From positions 491,731 to 507,309 of the forward strand of contig BCKQ01000011.1 in NCBI GenBank assembly GCA_001600695.1: a stretch of 15,579 bases of DNA, given 5' to 3'. Origin of the DNA: Ascoidea asiatica JCM 7603 (lineage: Eukaryota; Fungi; Ascomycota). The notes below the pieces were generated by a model that had not been told where the DNA came from, ran no database searches, and worked only from the letters and a program-made list of their open reading frames with translations. Below are positions 1-8,656 of the stretch, piece after piece. Made by a program: the position numbers and the translations under genes. Positions within the stretch are counted from its first letter, which is position 1. The number at the start of each line of letters is the position of its first letter.

Positions 1-52
1 AAAAGAACTATTGAATAACTATGAACAAGAATAATTAAAATTAATTAAATAA

Positions 53-473
53 TTAATTAGAAAATGAAGATTTTAATTCTTCTAACCAATTAATATATTG
101 AGAATTTTCTTTAAATTCTGAATAAAATCCAACAAATTCACCTAATTTTTCATCAATACCTCTTGATTTAAGATAATCTTCAACTGAATTTTGTAAATTT
201 TCATCTAAATTTTGAAATGGTGGTCCTTGATATAATAATCTTCTTTTAGAATTACCTTCTGAAGATTCATCTAAAGCTAATTTAGAATCTTTAAATGGTA
301 CAATACTTTCAATAAAAAATAATCCTTCATCTAATTTAAATAAAACTTCAAATGCAATTGCACTATTATTAAGTTTTTTCTCAATTACAACATTAATATC
401 TGCATATGAATCTTCTGGTTCTTCTAATTCAGATTCTGGATCATATTCATCAATATCATTTTCATTTTCATTT

Positions 474-505
<32 letters not shown>

Positions 506-949
506 TTCATTATCATTATCAAGATTTGAATTTTCATTAAAATTTGGTTGTAATGATAAATTTGAAATTTGGGCAACATCAAAAAATACATGAATAATTT
601 CATCATCAGTTTCTTTAATTAATTCAGATAATGAATGATTTTCTGGTAAATTTTTATTAATTTTAAATTTTGATTCTTTTAAAAAATCTTTTAATTGTGA
701 TGGAAATTCATCATCTCTTGTTTCTTTTTCAATAACTAATTCATTATCAATTGCTTCTAAAACATTTTTTGTTGATTTATTTAAAATTAAATTATTTTTA
801 ATTGAAAAAAATCTTTTATTATTAATATTATTAATAAAGTTATTATTTAATGTAGGTGTAGTTGCTAATAATATTTTTTTACTAGAAATATTGAAAATTG
901 ATCTTGAAGAAGATTTTAAAACAGAACGTGCAATATTACGAGATAACAT
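53..949 (-). CDS. MAM33: Mitochondrial acidic matrix protein Mam33 (MAM33/p32/C1QBP family)
   Basis: 298-aa ORF with an Arg/Ser/Lys-rich, acid-free presequence and an acidic body. The C-terminus YQGPPFQNLDENLQNSVEDYLKSRGIDEKLGEFVGFYSEFKENSQYINWLEELKS fits the family pattern YxGPxFxxLDxxLQ...YLxxRGI...KE...YxxWL. Confidence 0.93.
458..519 (-). repeat. (AAT)n/(AATGAA)n coding microsatellite giving a poly-Asn/Glu-Asn loop in Mam33
   Basis: Runs of ttttca and ttattatta on the + strand; encodes DNDNENNNNNNNNNNENENEND. Confidence 0.85.
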
Positions 950-1457
950 TTTTAGAAAATTATTAATTTTGATTATTATTAATTGTTTAATTGAATGATT
1001 ATATCTTTAATTTATATTTATATTTATATTTATAAATTGAATTAGTTAATAAAAAAAAAAGTAAATTAAAGGAAATTGAATTGAATTTCTAAAATATTCG
1101 TTCAATTGAAATTAAAAAATTTAAAAATTTAAAAAATTATCATCCAAACAAAACGAGGGTAGTCATGTGAGCACCGCCGGGTTTAAAAGAGTTTTGAGCA
1201 ATGTTCCGGTGGTGAAATTACTCCATTTAGTAGATGAAAGAATTATCCAATGGAATCGAATTTGATTACATACTTACAACTAACTGTCTGCATTTGTAGA
1301 TAAAGAAGAATATGAATAGATTTGTATTGTAGATTAAAAAGTGTATTTAATTTAATTAAGATAATAATAATAGTAATATTAATTGTGATATTGATTATAT
1401 TATTGATTATATTATTGATTATATTATTGAATGAAATAGGTATTGTGAATAATTGAG
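950..1457. promoter_or_regulatory. Bidirectional promoter shared by MAM33 and NESM
   Basis: 508 bp between divergent ATGs. GC-rich core ~1155-1215 holds GTCATGTGA (1162-1170, one mismatch to Cbf1 GTCACGTGA) and GCACCGCCGG (1171-1180); CCAAT at 1247-1251; poly(dA) near 1030-1060. Confidence 0.6.
1390..1430. repeat. 12-bp tandem repeat (ATTGATTATATT) x3.4 just upstream of the NESM ATG
   Basis: Exact copies at 1390, 1402 and 1414 plus a partial copy. Confidence 0.8.
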
Positions 1458-2213
1458 ATGATTTTCAGTAGTATAAAACAATCAATTAAAATTGAAAAAT
1501 CAATTGGAATTAGATATTTATCAAATTCTAGAATTAATAGAAAATTTAATTTATCTCAAGAAGAAGATATTAGAAGAATTATAGATTCATTACCATCACC
1601 AAAAAGACTTTATCAAGATGTTGATGGTAGTCCAAGAACTCCAAATATAGAAGAATTAAAAAATTTAGGTAAATTAAGTTCATTAACAAATAATAGAAAA
1701 TTATCAATATTAGATTATTTAACATTAAATAAAAAAAATAGTGAATTATTTATTGATAATGAAAAAGATTTAAATAATTTAATTCCTTCATTAAATAATG
1801 GAGCATCAGGTGATATTATTGATAAAATTCCATATGAAGATATTAATTCTGGTGAAATTAAATGGAAAATTATTAGAAAAAATGAAAAAGAAGGATGGGA
1901 AAATATAATGTATTATGGATATATTCCTGCATTAATATTTTGTTTTAGTATTATATTATTTAAAAAAGATGAATCAATTCAAACTTGGGCATTTAATGAA
2001 TTAAAATTAAGAGCAACAGAAAATTTTGAAGATTCAAAAGATAAAATTAATAATTTTTTAAGTAATGAAAATAAATCTGAAGAAGAAATTAAGAAAAGAG
2101 ATATTATTATGGTTGAAAGAATTTTATCTGGTGAATATGATAAATTAGCAGGTTTAAAAAAAAAATCAAACAGTTTACCAATAGTTGATATTGAATCTTT
2201 AACTACCAATTAA
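1458..2213 (+). CDS. NESM: Mitochondrial complex I accessory subunit NESM (ESSS / NDUFB11 family)
   Basis: 251-aa ORF with a presequence-like N-terminus. KEGWENIMYYG + one hydrophobic TM segment + FKKDESIQTWAFNELKLRA matches the fungal ESSS motif KEGWE..(TM)..FKPDTSIQTWAxxEAxxR. Confidence 0.85.
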   Translation: MIFSSIKQSIKIEKSIGIRYLSNSRINRKFNLSQEEDIRRIIDSLPSPKRLYQDVDGSPRTPNIEELKNLGKLSSLTNNRKLSILDYLTLNKKNSELFIDNEKDLNNLIPSLNNGASGDIIDKIPYEDINSGEIKWKIIRKNEKEGWENIMYYGYIPALIFCFSIILFKKDESIQTWAFNELKLRATENFEDSKDKINNFLSNENKSEEEIKKRDIIMVERILSGEYDKLAGLKKKSNSLPIVDIESLTTN

Positions 2214-2311
2214 TTATATAATAATAATAATTATATTATTGTAGCTCAATTACTATATAAATAAACATTTACAAACTGAATATTCCATCAATTGTAGACT
2301 TCATTGTGCTT

Positions 2312-2407
2312 CTTCTTCGTCTTCTTCGTCTTCTTCGTCATTCTCGTCTACAGCAGTTCTTCAGAAGCAAAAGAAGCAAAAGAAGCAAAAGAAGCAAAAG
2401 AAGCAAA
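2312..2407. repeat. Two adjacent 9-bp minisatellites: (CTTCTTCGT)x3 at 2312-2338 and (AGAAGCAAA)x5 at 2363-2407
   Basis: Exact tandem copies read directly from the NESM-CDC3 intergenic region. Confidence 0.9.
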
Positions 2408-2832
2408 AACAGATTCCACTGGGGAAGATTGAACATAGCACGATTACGTAAGATCAGGTGCTTTTGTTTTTGTGGTTGTGCCACGTTACCGCCGGATCTA
2501 AGCACGGTGAGAATGCATTTAGCACTGTAATGATAATAACAGTGGTAATTGTAACAGTGAGATTGATAAGTTTACCTGTCTTTTTAGACTCTTTTCTTTT
2601 TCCCTATGTATATGTAATTCAAAAGAAACATCAAAAGAAATAAAGGATCAATCTCTAATCAAAAAACATATTCAATTGATTTATATTCTAGTTATAAGAT
2701 ATTCTATTTAATCCAATTCAATTAGATTTAACTAGTTTTATCAAGATTCAATAAACATTTAAAAAGATTATATTCAATTATATTCAATTATATTGACTTT
2801 TATATATTATTTCATTTTATTTCATTCCCAAA

Positions 2833-4323
2833 ATGGCTGCAGTTGGTATGTTTATTCAATTTAACAACTCTTTTATACCCTTTTTTTTCTTTTTATTTTT
2901 TTTTTTTTTTCTCTTTTAACCGCCGACACTATTCTGTATATTGATTCAAGTTTTACTAACAATTTTCCAAGTTGATCCAATCAAAGGAACTGCTCTAGGT
3001 TCAGAATCTTCAAGTTATGAAAATGTTGACTCTTTAAAAGATACTCAAATTAATGATCAATCAAATTCTCCAACTTCAACTAATTTAAATCAACAACAAC
3101 AACAAATTAAAATTATAAAAAGAAAATTAAATGGCTTTGTAGGTTTTGCAAATTTACCAAAACAATGGCATAGAAAATCAATTCGTCGTGGTTTTAATTT
3201 TAATTTTATGATTATTGGTGAATCTGGTTTAGGTAAATCAACTTTAGTTAATACTTTATTTAATAGATCTTTATTTCCTGAAAAAATTGAAAAAGATCCT
3301 GCTTCTGAACCTCCAACTAATGTTTCAATTGAAACTGTAAGTGCTGATATTGAAGAAAATGGTGTAAAATTACGTTTAACTTGTATTTCTGCTCCTGGTT
3401 TTGGTGATGGTATTAATAATTCTGATTCTTGGCAACCAATTGTTGATGAAATTAATCAAAGATTTAATACTTATCTTGAAGCTGAAAATAAATTAAATAG
3501 AACAACAATTATTGATAATAGAGTTCATGCTTGTCTTTATTTTATTGAACCAACTGGTCATTGTTTAAAACCATTAGATATAACTTTTATGAAAAAAATT
3601 CATACTAAAGTTAATTTAATTCCTGTTATTGCAAAATCTGATACTTTAACTGAAGAAGAAATTGCTTCTTTTAAACAAAGAATTATGGATGATATTAAAA
3701 ATCAAGGTATAAATATTTTTGCTCCTCCAAAATATGAAAAAGATGATGAAGAAACAATTTTATCAACTTCTGAATTAATGTCAAAAGTTCCATTTGCTGT
3801 TGTTGGTTCAACAAAAACTTTACAAACTCCAGAAAAAAAAATAGTTAGAGGTAGACAATATCCTTGGGGTGTAATTGAAGTTGATAATGAAGATCATTGT
3901 GATTTTATTAAATTAAGACAATTATTAATTAGAGATTTCTTAGAAGAATTAAGAGAAACAACTGCAAATATTTTATATGAAAATTATAGATCTGAAAAAT
4001 TATCTTCTTTAGGTATTGAACAAGATAATACTGTTTTTAAAGAATTTGATCCTTTACAAAGACAAGAAGAAGAAAAATCTTTACATGCTGCAAAATTAGC
4101 TAAAATGGATAGTGAAATGAAAGCTGTTTTACAACAAAAAGTTGCTGAAAAAGAGAAAAAATTACAAAAATCTGAAGCTGAATTATTTTCAAGACATAAA
4201 GAAATGAAAGATAAATTAATGAAACAAATTAAAGTTTTAGAAGAGAAAAAACGTCAATTACAAACTTCTTCAAAACCTGTTCATACTGAACAACAAAGAA
4301 CAAGAAAAGGTTTCCTTCGTTAA
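2833..4323 (+). CDS. CDC3: Septin Cdc3. Exon 1 is 2833-2845 (ATG GCT GCA GTT G); exon 2 runs from 2972, 2987, 2999 or 3005 to 4323 (443-454 aa)
   Basis: GFVGFANLPKQWHRKSIRR (Cdc3 polybasic region), P-loop GESGLGKST, G3 variant SAPGFG, G4 AKSD, GRQYPWG septin element, C-terminal coiled coil ending RKGFLR. The ORF-track TTG start at 2941 lies in the intron; the real ATG is at 2833 in an AAAATGG context. Confidence 0.95.
2846..2998 (+). other. Spliceosomal intron of CDC3 (phase 1); 3' end at 2971, 2986, 2998 or 3004
   Basis: Canonical donor GTATGT at 2846-2851, long poly-T, perfect branchpoint TACTAAC at 2954-2960. In-frame TAA at 2917-2919 would truncate a retained intron. TAG at 2996-2998 is the first YAG after the branchpoint. 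Confidence 0.88.
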
Positions 4324-4879
4324 TCTTAAAAAACAATTTTGAAATATTTTATAAACTGTTTTTCTCCAATCTAACTTTCTATATATAATTTTTTTTTTTA
4401 AATTTTTTTAAAACAAAAAAAGATACAAAAGATAAAACAGAGAATTTTATTATTTTTCTCTGTCAACTTTTTAGCACGTTAATTTATCTTGTTTTTTGTC
4501 CATTTATTTATTTATATATTATCTACTTAGTTATTTGTTTTCTTTGTTTACAAGGTTATTTATTTATTTTCTTTAAGCTTACATATCAATCTTCAAATTT
4601 CAATTTTAATATCTCCTGTTTATGATCTCTTAATTTATTTATTCAATAAATCATTCCTAATTTCTGATTTTAATTTATGAAAAAATCTAAGCTAATTCTT
4701 TTTTTTATATATCTCATTCCATTCAGTTTCAATTTATCTACTACATAACCATATTTATTCCTATAATAATCTAATTCAATAAAGTATTATCAAGTCAATA
4801 TATTATTATGTACTATTTAATTAAAAGAGAAAATGAAAAAAAAAAAAAAGAATAATATTAAATGATTCATAAATCGTTT

Positions 4880-6595
4880 CTAATTAGAATTAGTTGCAGC
4901 AGTTAATTCTGCTTGTTTGATTAAACTTTCTGGTGCATCCATTTTTTCAAACATAACTTCAATTAATCTAATTTTATTATTATTACTTGAGAATTCTTTA
5001 TTTGAAAATAATTTATCTAATTCATTACAATTATTAACTCTAATTGATTCAGAATTTTTTGAACCAAATAATTCTAATAATTTTAGATGATTCCAAGGTT
5101 GAATATCATTATATAAAGCATCTTTTCCATGAATTAATCTTTCAATTGTATAACCTTTATTATTAATTACAAATATATACGGCTTGATATTTGTTTTAAT
5201 CATTGTTGATAATTCCTGTACTGTTAATTGTAAAGAACCATCTCCAATAAATAAAAGAACTCTATTATTTGAATTAATTTCTTTACTTGCTAATGATGCA
5301 CCAAGACATGCACCAACTGTATAACCAATTGAACCCCATAAAGTTTGAGAAATTCCAATAACATTTTTTGGAAATTTGGTTTGAACAATACCAAAAGCTG
5401 ATGTACCAGTTTCACTTATAATTATATCATTTTTTTTGTAAAAAGTATTTAATTTATTCCAAAAATATGTTTGAGTTAAAAATTTTTTAGATTCTGGATT
5501 TCCAATATGATTCAAATTAGGTAATTTGATTTTATTAAAATCATAACTAGATAATTTAATTGAATTTTGAATTTTTAAGTAATTATCATTAGAAATTAAT
5601 TTTTTTAAAACAAATTTCATTTGTAAATCTTTATAAGTTGCATGTTTAATTTTACAAAAATCTGAATGAAATTCAATAATATTTTTAGTTTTAAAAGAAT
5701 ATGAAAATGAACCAGTATTAAAATCAGAAAGTAAACTACCAATTGAAATAATTAAATCAGAATCTTCAATAAATTCTTTAATTTTTGGATATGATAAACT
5801 ACCAACATAAACACCACCAAAACATGAATGTTGTTCATCAATTGAAGATTTACCCATTGGAGTTACAAAAGTTGGAAATTTTGTAATATCCATTAATTTA
5901 TTTGTTTCAATTTTACAATCATGTCTTGAACAACAAGCATCAGCTAAAATAATTGGTTTTTTTGAATTTTGAATCATAAATAAAAATTTTTTAATAAATT
6001 CATCTTCAGCATCTTGATTATTTAAAGGTAAAGATAAATTAATTTTATTATTTAATAAATTTGAATTAACTAATTTAGAAACAAAATTTGTTGGAAAAGC
6101 AATATAAACAGGTCTTTGATTAATAAAAGCATCAGAAATTGCATTATCAATTTGTTTTGGAGCATCATTAATATCATCTAAATGATAAATAAATTTAGAA
6201 ATTTTTGAAGAAATTTTATCAAAAATATGAAAATCTCCATTACCTAAAGTATGATGTAATAATAATTTTTTATTTTGAGATTCAATTGAAGGTACACCAA
6301 CAACATGAATTAAACCAACATGTTCAGCATATGAACCAGCAATACCATTTAGAGCAGATAGTTCACCAACACCAAAAGTTGTAACTAAACATGATAATCT
6401 TTTAATTCTTGAATAACCATCAGCAGAATATGCAGCATTTAATTCATTTGTATTTCCTATCCATTTTAAACCTTTGATTTCAAAAATTTTATCTAATAAT
6501 TCTAAATTAAAATCACCTGGAACTCCAAATATTGAATCAATATTCAATTGATTTAATCTTTGAAATAAATAATGACCTAAAGTAACTGTTGACAT
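4880..6595 (-). CDS. PDC: Thiamine-diphosphate-dependent pyruvate decarboxylase (PDC1/5/6 family), 571 aa from the ATG at 6595
   Basis: FGVPGDFNL (D28 equivalent), NELNAAY (E51), LLHHTLG (H114/H115), DACCSRH (regulatory Cys), ThDP motif GDGSLQLTVQE...NNKGYTIERLIHG (E477). Start MSTVTLG matches PDC N-termini; the ORF-track TTG start adds 3 residues. Confidence 0.93.
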   Translation of the reverse strand: MSTVTLGHYLFQRLNQLNIDSIFGVPGDFNLELLDKIFEIKGLKWIGNTNELNAAYSADGYSRIKRLSCLVTTFGVGELSALNGIAGSYAEHVGLIHVVGVPSIESQNKKLLLHHTLGNGDFHIFDKISSKISKFIYHLDDINDAPKQIDNAISDAFINQRPVYIAFPTNFVSKLVNSNLLNNKINLSLPLNNQDAEDEFIKKFLFMIQNSKKPIILADACCSRHDCKIETNKLMDITKFPTFVTPMGKSSIDEQHSCFGGVYVGSLSYPKIKEFIEDSDLIISIGSLLSDFNTGSFSYSFKTKNIIEFHSDFCKIKHATYKDLQMKFVLKKLISNDNYLKIQNSIKLSSYDFNKIKLPNLNHIGNPESKKFLTQTYFWNKLNTFYKKNDIIISETGTSAFGIVQTKFPKNVIGISQTLWGSIGYTVGACLGASLASKEINSNNRVLLFIGDGSLQLTVQELSTMIKTNIKPYIFVINNKGYTIERLIHGKDALYNDIQPWNHLKLLELFGSKNSESIRVNNCNELDKLFSNKEFSSNNNKIRLIEVMFEKMDAPESLIKQAELTAATNSN

Positions 6596-6776
6596 TTTTT
6601 TCAAAATTTTTTATAAGATACTGTATAACAAAAGAATTGAAAAAGGAAATTATCAAAGAATTCTCAGCACTATATATATATTAACTATTAAAAACATTAT
6701 GTAAAAACTGTATTCCTATAATTATATAGGATCAATTGGTAGCAATCAAAAAATTTAATAACATTGAATTTGCTGT

Positions 6777-6809
6777 AAGTTTTAACAAGTTTTAACAAGT
6801 TTTAACAAG
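6777..6809. repeat. 10-bp tandem repeat (AAGTTTTAAC)x3 in the PDC promoter; (TA)5 TATA-like tract nearby at 6671-6680
   Basis: aagttttaac aagttttaac aagttttaac aag read directly. Confidence 0.8.
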
Positions 6810-6919
6810 CTAAATTAAGCTATAAAAGGTTATAAGATTGAATCTATACACTATTTTATGGTTTATAATTTATAGTCGGTTTCTAAAATTTTATTCGAAA
6901 TATTGGAGAAGGAATGTAC

Positions 6920-7023
6920 GAAACCAGTAATACGGTACTCATGTAAGAGACCAGAATTGCGGGTCTTAAACTTTGAGGCCAGAATAATGGGGTTCCTTTT
7001 GTGAGACCAGATAAATGGGTCTT
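6920..7023. promoter_or_regulatory. Array of four ~21-bp dyad elements (consensus GAGACCAG-N6-GGGTCTT) at 27-28-bp spacing; candidate PDC upstream regulatory element
   Basis: Units start at 6920, 6947, 6975 and 7003, 325-430 bp upstream of the PDC ATG. Confidence 0.6.
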
Positions 7024-7171
7024 TCCAGATTTTACTGAGGATTGAACTTTGAAATTAAATTACTATTTATATTATCGGTGCTACGTAATAGAGAGAGAGA
7101 TAGACAATATTATAAAAGGGGGTACAGTAAAGTGGAAACTAACGCTAATTGAAAAAAATAGATAATATGAA

Positions 7172-8038
7172 TTACTTTGTAAAATGAATTACTATTGGAA
7201 CAATAATGACTATAAGTAATATTAGAACAATTAAAAATAAAATAAAATAACACCATCTTTTTTTTCTTCTTGCTTGCTCTGCAGAAGTTTCTGCTTTACC
7301 AACATGAGATAAACCCAGTTCAACATTTTGTTGAGTTTTATCAATTAAAACATCTGCTTGAGTTAAAGTTTCATTTTGTTCAATAATTAATTCTTCCATA
7401 TCATTAAATAATTGAGTTAATTCTTGCATTGACTTTTCAATTTTAAGAATTTCTTGATGTCTTTCTTGAGCTTCAGCATATGCAGATTGTGCTTCACCTC
7501 TTCTATTTGATTGCATTAAAGCTTGAGAAAATAATTGTTGACCATTTGAAGAATTTTCAATAGCTTGATTAATTGTATATTCATCAGCTTCTGGATTAAT
7601 AATTTTAAATTGTTTTGCAATTAAATCTTTTTGATCAATTTTATAATTATTTTCAATTAATCGAAATTTATTAATTAAATCTAAAAATTCTGTTTTTAAA
7701 TAATCACATTGTTGAACTTTATCATTATCATTATTTGTATTTTTAAAAATTAATTTTAATTCATTTTTAATATTATTTTGTAATGAATTATTACTTATAA
7801 TTAAATTATTTAAATTTCTTCTTGTTATAGATTCTTCATTTTCATCATATTCACTTAATAATTTTTTTTGTAAAATTTCAATTTCATTTATATTACTTTG
7901 ATAATTACCCAATTCCGATTTTATAGAATTAATTTGATTATAAAATGTTGTATCTGATAATTCATATCCTTCATATCCTGTATATTGTGTATTTTTTGGA
8001 TTTCCAAATGGATTCTCATCAATTTTTTGATAACTCAT
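7172..8038 (-). CDS. SSO1/2: Plasma-membrane syntaxin (Qa t-SNARE), Sso1/Sso2 family
   Basis: 288 aa with an Habc-like helical region. QQLFSQALMQSNRRGEAQSAYAEAQERHQEILKIEKSMQELTQLFNDMEELIIEQ matches the Sso SNARE motif; ARRKKRWC precedes a C-terminal TM anchor. Confidence 0.92.
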   Translation of the reverse strand: MSYQKIDENPFGNPKNTQYTGYEGYELSDTTFYNQINSIKSELGNYQSNINEIEILQKKLLSEYDENEESITRRNLNNLIISNNSLQNNIKNELKLIFKNTNNDNDKVQQCDYLKTEFLDLINKFRLIENNYKIDQKDLIAKQFKIINPEADEYTINQAIENSSNGQQLFSQALMQSNRRGEAQSAYAEAQERHQEILKIEKSMQELTQLFNDMEELIIEQNETLTQADVLIDKTQQNVELGLSHVGKAETSAEQARRKKRWCYFILFLIVLILLIVIIVPIVIHFTK

Positions 8039-8656
8039 TTTGAAATATTTTATTTTGAAATATTTTAGCTTATTGTATTTTACTTTTTTTTGTATAATAT
8101 TATTTTATACTGGATAATTAAATAATTGTATAATTTATATATTTCTTTGACTTCAAGCAGACAGCCAATGCTATTTCTTTTTATATCAACTTCTTCTCAA
8201 AGATATAAATAATAAACTCGATTCCCAATCATTTTCTCTTCTTCTGATCTTGTTTGTTTATTCTTTGTTTATAAATAGCTTTCGTTCTCAAATCAAGGCT
8301 ATCTTCTTTCCCAAAGAGCAGGCTGCATTCGTTTTCTCACCGGTGAACTTCCGCAGGTTTCGCTGCACCGCGTAAACTGAAATTTACAGCCTTTTTTTCT
8401 TTTTTTGATCACACGAAATAATATTTATAATGTCAATCAATTTAATCCTTTTTTTTATCAATTACTGACTTCAAAATACTATATTATAGATTGAATGAAT
8501 TATAATTATAATATGAAAGATAATATCTTTAATTTATTTCGGCTTTTGATTCAATTATCCAATCAAACTTATTCAGAGTTCAGGGATATATACAATATGT
8601 AACTACAAATACATGATTTATATCTTAAAGTTATTTGATATTTATTGAAAGTTTAT

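Noticed and set aside
424-606. 60-aa ORF overlapping MAM33
   Set aside because: Alternate-frame read of the AAT microsatellite (poly-Ile/Met-Lys).
1979-2209. 76-aa antisense ORF in NESM
   Set aside because: Shadow ORF of a real gene with no recognisable motifs.
2306-2643. 74-aa (LLRLLR...RSKRSK) and 61-aa ORFs
   Set aside because: GTG starts; the first is open mainly because of 9-bp repeats; both overlap the CDC3 promoter.
2941-2971. ORF-track start of CDC3 (MIQVLLTIFQ)
   Set aside because: TTG start inside the intron; LLT is the translated TACTAAC branchpoint.
4880-6595. PDC-like gene as THI3 or ARO10, or with a read-through peroxisomal extension
   Set aside because: Retains GDFN, HH, DACC and YTIE as in catalytic PDCs. 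The stop context TAG-AAA is not a leaky one, and the extension does not end in a PTS1.
6920-7023. CRISPR-like reading of the 28-bp array
   Set aside because: Eukaryotic context, degenerate repeats, 6-7-nt spacers, no cas genes.
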